Below, piece by piece: positions 24,757 to 32,000 of a DNA stretch of 32,000 bases. The number at the start of each line of letters is the position of its first letter. Positions within the stretch are counted from its first letter, which is position 1. The DNA comes from Candidatus Electrothrix sp. GW3-4 (lineage in GTDB: Bacteria > Desulfobacterota > Desulfobulbia > Desulfobulbales > Desulfobulbaceae): the NCBI RefSeq assembly GCF_037902255.1, contig NZ_CP147990.1:720001-752000 (forward strand). Reading direction: 5' to 3'. A program made the position numbers and the translations under genes. The notes under the pieces were generated by a model that worked only from the letters and a program-made list of their open reading frames with translations, was not told the DNA's origin and made no database searches.

Positions 24757-25641
24757 TTAGCTCTGCCGCCGCGCCTGCAAGACCCTGGGGCGTCCAGCCC
24801 AATCATCCACCACCCTGACCTGCTCATAGCCGCCATTCTTCAGAAATACCTGCTCCACCTCCTGCCTGATATCCGCCCCGATCTCCATGAAAAGCCAGCC
24901 GCCTGGTTGCAAGAGGGGGAGGGTATCTTGGCAGATCCGGGCAATGCTGTCCAGGCCGCGCTTACCGCCGGACAGGGCCAGGTGCGGTTCCCAGTCCCGT
25001 ACTTCCGGTTCAAGAGTCAATATATCGTCCGCTTTGACATACGGGGGATTGGTGACAATGAGATCAAAGAGCGGTGTGCAGGAAAAAGCGGTCAGCAGGT
25101 CGGCCCGGAGCAAGTGGATCCGATCATCCAGCTTATGGCAGGAAATATTTTTGTTGGCTACCCTAAGAGCTTCCTGGGAAAAATCGCTGGCAATGACTCT
25201 GCTTTGGGGAAACTTTTTGGCCAGGACAACAGCAATGGCCCCGCTCCCCGTGCAGAGATCCAGGATACGCTGCGGTTGTTGTCCGGTTGCCGCATTGTGC
25301 AGCAACGTGGCAAAACAATGCTCAAGAAGAAATTCGGTCTCCGGGCGGGGAATCAGGACCGCCGGGCTGACAAAGAACTCCAGGGACCAGAATTCACAGC
25401 TGCCGATAATATACTGAAGAGGTTCACGCTGGCAGCGGCGCTGAAGTAATTCTCGGAAACGGTATTCTGTTTTTTGCTCAACAGACTGATCGTGGAGGAG
25501 AAAGAGCTTGCTGCGGGAAATATCAAGGCAATGACGAAGAAGGAGTTCCGCCTCAAGGGCGCTGTCTTCAAGCCCGGCCTCAGCAAGGGTACTTGTTGCC
25601 GAGCGAAGAAGCTGATGAACCAGCATTTTATCATCCGACAT
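24757..25641 (-). CDS. prmC: Release-factor glutamine N5-methyltransferase
   Basis: It has the NPPY motif (IVTNPPYV) and the SAM-binding DLCTGSGAI. It lies directly downstream of prfA. Confidence 0.93.
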   Translation of the reverse strand: MSDDKMLVHQLLRSATSTLAEAGLEDSALEAELLLRHCLDISRSKLFLLHDQSVEQKTEYRFRELLQRRCQREPLQYIIGSCEFWSLEFFVSPAVLIPRPETEFLLEHCFATLLHNAATGQQPQRILDLCTGSGAIAVVLAKKFPQSRVIASDFSQEALRVANKNISCHKLDDRIHLLRADLLTAFSCTPLFDLIVTNPPYVKADDILTLEPEVRDWEPHLALSGGKRGLDSIARICQDTLPLLQPGGWLFMEIGADIRQEVEQVFLKNGGYEQVRVVDDWAGRPRVLQARRQS

Positions 25642-25757
25642 TGGTTGGAAGACCGGAGAAGGAGGTGCAAAGTTCTTGTAGGGGCGATCCTTGTGATAGA
25701 TGCCCTTTCAATTTTACAGGGCAGACACAGGGAGCAGTCCCTACTACCGTCATCACA

Positions 25758-26828
25758 TTAATCGAGATCTTTCAGGGCCTCGGTCTGATAATGGGTGATA
25801 ATAGGCAGAATGATCTCATCAAGGTCGCCGGATATGATCTGATCCAGTTTATAGCAAGTCAGGTTGATACGATGATCTGTGACTCGGCCTTGGGGAAAAT
25901 TATAGGTCCTGATGCGTTCACTGCGGTCACCGCTGCCGACTTGTCCCTTACGGTCCTGGGCAATCTTGTCATGCCGTTCCTGTTCCAGTTTATCCAGCAG
26001 ACGGGCCCGCATCACCATCAGGGCCTTGGCCTTATTTTTATGCTGTGATTTTTCATCCTGACAGGTCACAACCAAGCCCGTGGGCAGATGGGTAATCCGC
26101 ACAGCCGAGTCTGTGGTGTTGACCGATTGGCCTCCTGGCCCGGAAGAGCGATAGACATCGAACTTCAGCTCGTTGGGGGCAATCTGGAGATCCACTTCTT
26201 CTGCTTCCGGGATAATCGCCACCGTCACGGCTGAGGTGTGGATGCGGCCCTGGGTCTCGGTTTCTGGAACCCGCTGGACCCGATGCACCCCGGATTCGTA
26301 TTTCAGGCGGGAGTAGACTTTATCGCCGGAGATCAAGGCAATCAGTTCCTTAAAGCCACCAATACCGATGGGGTTGGAATTCATGACCTCAATTTTCCAG
26401 CCCTGTGCCTCCGCATACCTGGCAAACATCCGGTAAAGATCGGCAACAAAGAGGGCTGCCTCGTCACCACCTGTACCGGCCCGGATCTCCAGGAAGATAT
26501 TCTTCTCATCGTTGGGATCAGGGGGCAGGAGCATTAAACGAATGGCCTTTTCCAGCTCTTCTTTTTGCTCAGACAGCGCTTCCATTTCCTCCTTGGCCAG
26601 TTCCGCCATTTCGGGATCGTTATCTGCATCGTGAATCAGCTCGCGGTTATCCGCTAGATCCTGCTCAACCTTGCTATAGGCTGAGTAGAGTTCATTCAGC
26701 TTGGCAACGCGGGAGTGCTCACGAACGGTTTCCTGATATTTTGTCCGATCGTTGAGCAACTCCGGGTCAGAAAGCTGGCGCTCCAAGGCGGAAAGCTTTT
26801 CATGGATATCAACAAGATTTTCAAACAT
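25758..26828 (-). CDS. prfA: Peptide chain release factor 1
   Basis: It has the GGQ motif ([24 protein letters not shown]) and a PxT-type RF1 architecture. I chose the ATG at 26828 ([12 protein letters not shown]...). Confidence 0.97.
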   Translation of the reverse strand: MFENLVDIHEKLSALERQLSDPELLNDRTKYQETVREHSRVAKLNELYSAYSKVEQDLADNRELIHDADNDPEMAELAKEEMEALSEQKEELEKAIRLMLLPPDPNDEKNIFLEIRAGTGGDEAALFVADLYRMFARYAEAQGWKIEVMNSNPIGIGGFKELIALISGDKVYSRLKYESGVHRVQRVPETETQGRIHTSAVTVAIIPEAEEVDLQIAPNELKFDVYRSSGPGGQSVNTTDSAVRITHLPTGLVVTCQDEKSQHKNKAKALMVMRARLLDKLEQERHDKIAQDRKGQVGSGDRSERIRTYNFPQGRVTDHRINLTCYKLDQIISGDLDEIILPIITHYQTEALKDLD

Positions 26829-26871
26829 GGATATATCCGGCAGATCTCTTGATTTCGTGTGAAACAAGGAG

Positions 26872-26900
26872 ATAATGATAAGGGGTTGTCAAGCTGTCAA
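26872..26900 (-). promoter_or_regulatory. Sigma70-like promoter for prfA (TTGACA-N17-CATTAT)
   Basis: On the minus strand TTGACA lies at 26900-26895 and CATTAT at 26877-26872, with a 17-nt spacer. Confidence 0.4.
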
Positions 26901-26911
26901 CAAGGAAGAAA

Positions 26912-26942
26912 CAAAAAAACCACATGACAGAGTACTGCCATG
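26912..26942 (-). terminator. Rho-independent terminator after rpmE
   Basis: On the minus strand CATGGCAG-TACT-CTGTCATG forms 8 bp (one G-U) and is followed by TGGTTTTTTTG. Confidence 0.7.
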
Positions 26943-26963
26943 CGGTCTTGGGAAACAGGTCGG

Positions 26964-27182
26964 CTACGCTTTTTTCTGGGCGAGATGCTTGGCGTATTTT
27001 TTCTTGAATTTTTCAATGCGACCGGCGGTGTCAACCAGTTTTTGCTTACCGGTGAAAAAAGGATGGCAGGCGGAACAAATTTCCACCTCTATGCTCTCGT
27101 TCACAGAGCCCAGCTCTACTTCATTACCGCAGGCACATTTTGCCTTGATCTTATGATATTCAGGATGGATATCCGGTTTCAT
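26964..27182 (-). CDS. rpmE: 50S ribosomal protein L31 (Zn-ribbon type)
   Basis: The sequence is [27 protein letters not shown]...[14 protein letters not shown] chose the ATG at 27182. Confidence 0.93.
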   Translation of the reverse strand: MKPDIHPEYHKIKAKCACGNEVELGSVNESIEVEICSACHPFFTGKQKLVDTAGRIEKFKKKYAKHLAQKKA

Positions 27183-27355
27183 TGTATTCTCGGCCTCCAG
27201 AGAATATATTCGCATAACAGCGAGTTATTATTTGCGAGTTCTTTTGTACAGGTTGAAAAATAGCTCATTCTACCCGGTTTAACTTTTTTAACAAAGGAAA
27301 AATACCTTAAAAAGATTTTTTTGTCAATCAGAGCTCCTGCGGTGGCAATATAGCA

Positions 27356-28606
27356 TTAGCTATTCATTGAAGCAAAGAATTCCGCATTGGTCTTGGTTTG
27401 CTCCATCTTGCCGAGCAGGAATTCCATGGCATCAGCTGGATTCATAGAGGAAAGCAGTTTGCGTAGGATCCACATCCGGTTCATCTCCTCTGATGACAGG
27501 AGCAGGTCTTCTTTTCGGGTGCCGGATTTTTGGATATTGATGGCCGGATAGATCCTGCGGTCAGACATCTTGCGATCCAGGACAATCTCCATATTACCAG
27601 TTCCCTTGAATTCCTCAAAAATAACATCATCCATCCGGCTGCCGGTCTCGATCAGGGCGGTGGCAAGGATGGTCAGGCTGCCGCCTTCTTCAATGTTTCG
27701 GGCTGCGCCGAAAAACCGTTTCGGACGATGCAGGGCATTGGCCTCCACACCACCGGAGAGGATCTTGCCGGATGCCGGGGTGACGGTATTATAGGCACGG
27801 GCCAGTCGGGTGATAGAGTCCAGCAGGATGACGACATCTTTTTTATGTTCGACCAGTCGTCTGGCCTTTTCAATAACCATCTCCGCCACCTGGATATGAC
27901 GCTGGGGTGGCTCGTCAAAGGTGGAGCTGACCACCTCTGCATCCACGCTGCGCTTCATATCTGTGACCTCTTCCGGTCGCTCGTCGATCAGCAGGACAAT
28001 GGGGATTATCTCCTTATGATTCTTGACAATAGCCCGAGCAATTTGCTGCATAAGGACTGTTTTACCGGTCCGGGGCGGTGCCACGATCAGGCCGCGCTGT
28101 CCTTTTCCCAGCGGGGAGACCATATTCATTATTCTGGTAGAATAATTATCCGGCTCATCCTCAAGATTGATCTGTTCTTCAGGGTGCAAGGGCGTCAGGT
28201 TAACAAAGAGGGTCTTATTATTGGAGGCCTCTGGATCTTCGTAATTGACCTTGTCAACCTTCAGGAGGGCGAAATAGCGTTCATTTTCCTTGGGTGCTCT
28301 GACTTCTCCCTCAATCGTGTCGCCTGTCCGCAGGTTGAGGCGCCGAATTTGGGAAGGGGAGACGTAGATATCATCAGGGCCGGGAAGATAGTTATAATCC
28401 GGTGCTCTGAGGAAGCCAAATCCATCCTGTAATACGTCCAGTACTCCGCTCCCGCGAAGTTTGCCGTCCTCATCGGCCTGCGATTTGAGAATGGCGAAGA
28501 TGAGCTCCTGTTTCCGCATGGAGCTGTATCCTTCAATCTTTAAAGATGCTGCCAGTGCGACAAGTTCTTTGATATTTTTATTCTTTAACTCAGTAGGATT
28601 CATCAA
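27356..28606 (-). CDS. rho: Transcription termination factor Rho
   Basis: It has the N-terminal Rho_N and CSD regions ([14 protein letters not shown]), Walker A (PPRTGKT) and a RecA-type ATPase core, at 416 aa. Confidence 0.97.
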   Translation of the reverse strand: MMNPTELKNKNIKELVALAASLKIEGYSSMRKQELIFAILKSQADEDGKLRGSGVLDVLQDGFGFLRAPDYNYLPGPDDIYVSPSQIRRLNLRTGDTIEGEVRAPKENERYFALLKVDKVNYEDPEASNNKTLFVNLTPLHPEEQINLEDEPDNYSTRIMNMVSPLGKGQRGLIVAPPRTGKTVLMQQIARAIVKNHKEIIPIVLLIDERPEEVTDMKRSVDAEVVSSTFDEPPQRHIQVAEMVIEKARRLVEHKKDVVILLDSITRLARAYNTVTPASGKILSGGVEANALHRPKRFFGAARNIEEGGSLTILATALIETGSRMDDVIFEEFKGTGNMEIVLDRKMSDRRIYPAINIQKSGTRKEDLLLSSEEMNRMWILRKLLSSMNPADAMEFLLGKMEQTKTNAEFFASMNS

Positions 28607-29078
28607 CGGATCCTTCCTCCTCGGGGTTCGGGTAGTATATTAAGATGGTTAAGATGCGTAAGGGATTTCCTGCGCCAAAGGAAATACATTGTCTTTGGCG
28701 GTTATCTCTGGTGACGGGTGATTTTTATTGTAAATCGTTCTCTTGGGGAGAATGTACTTGCCTGGACAGAAAAAAAGCACTGTCTCTAACTGGGGTTTGG
28801 CTCAGTGAGAATAGCTTGTCGTCTATACATCACTGAAGGTAAATTTTATCAACAGGCTTAATTCTTATAGAATGAAACAGGCAGGGAGCATCCAAAGTAT
28901 GGTTGTTGACAATTTCTCTGCAAACTGGAGATTGAGGTGAGAGAGGAAATGCGTTGCCGATTTTACTACGAATTGCTTATGTCTTTATTGTAACAGAGGG
29001 GTACGCCGCCCTGATGATTTCTGTTGAAAATACCGGATATTGAGGTGAGCTGGAAAAATATAAAAATATTTTTTAAAC

Positions 29079-29107
29079 ACTTTATTGGTTTTCCGTGACG
29101 TTGTCAA
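29079..29107 (-). promoter_or_regulatory. Sigma70-like promoter for rho (TTGACA-N17-TAAAGT)
   Basis: On the minus strand TTGACA lies at 29107-29102 and TAAAGT at 29084-29079, with a 17-nt spacer. This implies a leader of about 460 nt. Confidence 0.4.
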
Positions 29108-29146
29108 TATTTTTTTGCGTAAATTTTATGAAAATTTTTTCCTCAA

Positions 29147-29785
29147 TTATGGGCCCCAAAAGGCCCCAGAACTCAACAAGTTCTGTACCTGTGAACAGGT
29201 ATGCTCCCAGGGGCCAGAATTGTCCAGCACATGATTCGCAGCTGCGGCCTTTTCACGGAGCGATTGCTGGGCCGCGATGGCCTGTTGGGCCTGCTCCTTG
29301 CTAACTTGATCCCGTTGCATAATACGCTGCAAGCGCACCGCTGTATCTGCATAGACAACAAGGATCAGATCCACGCTTTCCTGCCAACCCGCCTCGAAAA
29401 GCAGGGGAATTTCAGCCAGAACTGGTCCGGAAAAGCTGGAGAGCTGTTTCTTCATTTCCTGGCAGGCAAGGGGGTGGAGTATCCTGTCAACCTGACTCCG
29501 TAAGACGGAATCCGTAAAAAGCCGCTGGCGCAAGCGCTGTCGGTCGAGTTCTTCGTTTTTACTGAAGTATACACTTGGTAGAAGAACCCGGAGGGCCTGC
29601 CAGCCAGCTTCCTGGGGCTGAAGGAGGTCACGACAGACTCTGTCGAGGTTAATCAGCGGTAAGTTATATTTTTCAGCGAGAAAGGAACAGACCCTGCTTT
29701 TTCCTGATCCAATCCCACCTGTGATCCCGATGACTCGCTGTCCGCCCTCGTTCTGTCGTTGACGGGCGGGACGTTTAGGACCCAT
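29147..29785 (-). CDS. coaE: Dephospho-CoA kinase
   Basis: It has the P-loop GITGGIGSGKS and typical CoaE length. Its start overlaps the rluD stop by 11 nt. Confidence 0.9.
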   Translation of the reverse strand: MGPKRPARQRQNEGGQRVIGITGGIGSGKSRVCSFLAEKYNLPLINLDRVCRDLLQPQEAGWQALRVLLPSVYFSKNEELDRQRLRQRLFTDSVLRSQVDRILHPLACQEMKKQLSSFSGPVLAEIPLLFEAGWQESVDLILVVYADTAVRLQRIMQRDQVSKEQAQQAIAAQQSLREKAAAANHVLDNSGPWEHTCSQVQNLLSSGAFWGP

Positions 29786-30764
29786 GATCGGCGTTCTTAT
29801 TGCGTTCTCGTAACTGACTGAGCACCTGTTCCATATCCGGCCATAATGGCGCTGTGAACTGGCATTCCTCGTCAGTTACCGGATGGGTGAAGACAAGGGT
29901 CGAGGCGTGGAGGAACTGCCGCTGCGCGACCACTTCCGATGTGTTCTCCAGTTTCCCCCCGTACAGGTGATCTCCTGCCACCGGGGCATGTAACGAGGAC
30001 ATATGAACCCGGATTTGATGGGTGCGACCTGTCTCTATCCCTATTTCTGCAAAGCAGAGACCGTTGGAAAAGGTCTCCAGGATATTCCAGACCGTTGCTG
30101 CATAGCGCCCATCCGGGCGAATGGCCATTTTTTTACGATGAACCGGATGCCTGCCAATGGGAGCAACAAGACGGCCGCTGAGCTCAGCAGGGGGGCGTAC
30201 GAGCAGGGCATGATAGGTCTTGCGGACCTTGCGTTCTTTAAAGGCCGCTGATAGCATGGCCTGGACCTGCTCTGTTCGGGCCACCAGTATAATACCTGAG
30301 GTGTCCTTGTCTAAGCGATGGACAATACCTGGTCTGCCCCCCTCAAGGGATGCCATGTCATTATAGCGGTGGAGCAGGCCATTGACCAGGGTGTTATCAG
30401 CGTGTCCAGCAGCAGGGTGAACAACAAGTCCTGGTGGTTTGTTGATGACAAGCAGGCTCTGATCTTCATAGAGCACCCCGAAATCCACAGGCTGGGCCTG
30501 CGGTTCGTTTTCCGCAACAAGCGGGGGAAAATCTACCTGAACAATATCGCCAGGGTGTACGCGGTACCCTGGTTTCACCTGCTTGTCGTTCACCAGGATG
30601 TGGGATGAACGTATATGTTTGCCAAGGCTGGAGCGTGAATGCTCGGAAAAATGGAGGGCCAGATAATGATCAAGGCGCATCCCGTTTTCCCGGGGCTGGA
30701 TTTGGTGACGTGAAGGGGGCAGAGTGGGGGGCAAAATGGTCCTGCAATAAAAGGAATCATTCAA
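29775..30764 (-). CDS. rluD: 23S rRNA pseudouridine synthase, RluD family
   Basis: It has an S4 domain (RLDHYLA), the catalytic HRLDKDTSG, and KTYHALV and GRTHQIRVH. The start is uncertain. A TTG at 30764 overlaps the carD stop, and alternatives are the ATG at 30680 or the track start at 30815. Confidence 0.88.
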   Translation of the reverse strand: MNDSFYCRTILPPTLPPSRHQIQPRENGMRLDHYLALHFSEHSRSSLGKHIRSSHILVNDKQVKPGYRVHPGDIVQVDFPPLVAENEPQAQPVDFGVLYEDQSLLVINKPPGLVVHPAAGHADNTLVNGLLHRYNDMASLEGGRPGIVHRLDKDTSGIILVARTEQVQAMLSAAFKERKVRKTYHALLVRPPAELSGRLVAPIGRHPVHRKKMAIRPDGRYAATVWNILETFSNGLCFAEIGIETGRTHQIRVHMSSLHAPVAGDHLYGGKLENTSEVVAQRQFLHASTLVFTHPVTDEECQFTAPLWPDMEQVLSQLRERNKNADHGS

Positions 30765-31260
30765 AGATGCTATCGATCTGTTTTGCGACCTTGTCCTCTT
30801 CAACCTTCTTGGCAAGGGAGATCTCTTTGATAAGCAGGGTCTTGGCGGTATCCATCATCTTGCGCTCACCGTAGGAAAGATCCTTGTCCCCTTTGAGCAG
30901 GAGCAGGTCACGGAGGACCACGGCCACTTCAAAAACAGAACCGGTTTTTATTTTCTCCATGTAGTCGCGATATCGTCTGTTCCAGGTTTGGGAACTGACC
31001 TTGATGTCGCGATCCTTGAGGATATCAATGACTTTTTTTACTTCGTTTTTGGAAATAATAGGTCTGAGACCAACGTTCTCGCTGGTAGCGGTTGGGATCA
31101 TGATCGTCATATCATTATTAAGGATTTTGAGGACATAAAATGATTGATCAATCCCCCCGATGGTCTGCACCTCAATATCTTCAATTCGACCGACGCCATG
31201 TGAAGGGTACACTGCCATATCACCTGCCACAAACATAGTTTTACCCTTACCTTTACTCAT
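30757..31260 (-). CDS. carD: CarD/CdnL-family RNA-polymerase-binding transcription factor
   Basis: It has FVAGDMAVYPSHGVGRIEDIE... (a TRCF-RID-like N-terminal domain) and a helical C-terminal domain. I chose the ATG at 31260 because GGAG lies 7 nt upstream. Confidence 0.9.
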   Translation of the reverse strand: MSKGKGKTMFVAGDMAVYPSHGVGRIEDIEVQTIGGIDQSFYVLKILNNDMTIMIPTATSENVGLRPIISKNEVKKVIDILKDRDIKVSSQTWNRRYRDYMEKIKTGSVFEVAVVLRDLLLLKGDKDLSYGERKMMDTAKTLLIKEISLAKKVEEDKVAKQIDSIFE

Positions 31261-31323
31261 AACAACTCCGGCTGACTGCAAATTGAATACAAACTGAAAA
31301 TGACCGTAAGGAAATAAGCTTTC

Positions 31324-31352
31324 ACTATAGCATATTTTCCCCTCTTTAGCAA
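31324..31352 (-). promoter_or_regulatory. Sigma70-like promoter for carD (TTGCTA-N17-TATAGT)
   Basis: On the minus strand TTGCTA lies at 31352-31347 and TATAGT at 31329-31324, with a 17-nt spacer. Confidence 0.45.
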
Positions 31353-31420
31353 AGTAAGGAAATTTCTGTTTGCAAAATAGGGTCCCGTTCCTGGCACAGG
31401 GACAACAAGGAGGGCGTTGC

Positions 31421-32000
31421 TCAGCGCCCGTTTATCATGTTCATGCATTGAGCCACACCCTGCTGAAGAAAGAGGCTCGTGGCCTCATGCATCAGGGCAA
31501 GGCGATCGTTGAACAGAGCAAGCTCTTCATCGGTAAAATTGGCCAGCACATAGCGGTCAACCGGTATGCCCCGGCCCTGCTCGTCGCGTTCAGGACGCCC
31601 AACGCCTATTTTAAGGCGAGAGAAGGTGGAAGTGCCAAGATGTTGGATCAGAGAACGAATGCCGTTATGTCCGCCAGCTCCGCCTTTGGCTGCCACCTTT
31701 ATCTTCCCTTTGGGAAGATCAATATCATCATAAATGACCAGGATATGTTGGAGGGGAATTTGGTAGAAATCAACAAAACGAATCACGCTCTCCCCGGATT
31801 TATTCATAAAGGTCTGGGGTTTGAGAAGTAGGACGCGCTGTCCGTTTATGCGTTCGGAACAATAGAGACCCTGCCATTTCTCCGTATTAAGCGCGCAGTT
31901 ATGTTGATCAGCAAAATCATCGACAGTGAGAAATCCTGCGTTATGGCGGGTCAGTTCGTATTTTACTCCTGGGTTGCCTAACCCGACAATCAGGTAGTGG
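31421..32000 (-). CDS. pth: Peptidyl-tRNA hydrolase (5' end just beyond the window)
   Basis: I extended the 31421..31807 ORF upstream in frame to the window edge: HYLIVGLGNPGVKYELTRHNAGF...FMNKSGESV...GGHNGIRS. These are canonical Pth motifs. Confidence 0.93.
   Translation of the reverse strand, partial: HYLIVGLGNPGVKYELTRHNAGFLTVDDFADQHNCALNTEKWQGLYCSERINGQRVLLLKPQTFMNKSGESVIRFVDFYQIPLQHILVIYDDIDLPKGKIKVAAKGGAGGHNGIRSLIQHLGTSTFSRLKIGVGRPERDEQGRGIPVDRYVLANFTDEELALFNDRLALMHEATSLFLQQGVAQCMNMINGR

Noticed and set aside
24437-24836. Minus-strand ORFs 24437..24628 and 24606..24836.
   Set aside because: One overlaps the prmC 3' end out of frame and the other spans the terminator. Neither has an RBS or a motif.
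29775-30815. Overlaps between coaE and rluD (11 nt) and between rluD and carD (up to 59 nt), as a possible anomaly.
   Set aside because: The short coaE/rluD overlap is ordinary operon coupling. The large rluD/carD overlap disappears if rluD starts at the TTG at 30764 or the ATG at 30680, so it is a start-codon annotation issue.
31392-31397. TGGCAC in the pth-carD spacer, as a possible sigma54 -24 element.
   Set aside because: No TTGC(A/T) follows at the required 5-nt spacing. The motif is on the strand opposite all the local genes, and it lies in the loop region of the pth terminator-like hairpin.
1-32000. Search for CRISPR arrays, tRNA, rRNA or tmRNA genes and integrase or att sites.
   Set aside because: I saw no regularly spaced direct repeats of 25-40 nt. 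I saw no T-loop-like GGTTCGAATCC-type sequences in a cloverleaf context, and no tyrosine or serine recombinase ORF. Visual scanning can miss divergent tRNAs, so tRNAscan-SE or Infernal should confirm this.

Overview
This is a chromosomal window from a roughly 50% GC bacterium. The multihaem cytochrome, the gene content and the gene order suggest a Desulfobacterota (Desulfobulbales-like) organism, but that is inference only. The right third (24.7-32 kb, minus strand) is a conserved housekeeping block: pth, carD/cdnL, rluD, coaE, rho, rpmE, prfA and prmC. The middle holds gyrB, glgX, a DD-carboxypeptidase, an Atg22/UMF1-type MFS transporter and several orphan genes. The left end starts inside an IS110-family insertion sequence. 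It is followed by an HD hydrolase, an HsdR_N-like nuclease-fold protein, an OleC-like adenylating enzyme, an aldo/keto reductase and a junction of two truncated genes. The points I consider most worth follow-up are: (1) a periplasmic pentahaem cytochrome whose reading frame is interrupted by one in-frame TGA with a hairpin directly downstream, which could mean selenocysteine, readthrough or a fresh nonsense mutation; (2) an AT-rich accessory islet (21.6-24.75 kb) carrying a Panacea(DUF4065)-Fic two-gene module with a Doc/AnkX-like HPFxDANGR motif, plus two tiny exported or membrane proteins; (3) the structured about 250 nt leader upstream of the IS110 transposase, which is a bridge-RNA candidate; (4) an orphan OleC-like/AKR pair lacking OleA/B/D; (5) a Zn-ADH/TrpD-like truncation junction. 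I found no rRNA, tRNA or CRISPR array by eye. All functional calls rest on motif recognition in the supplied or self-made translations. No database search was possible.
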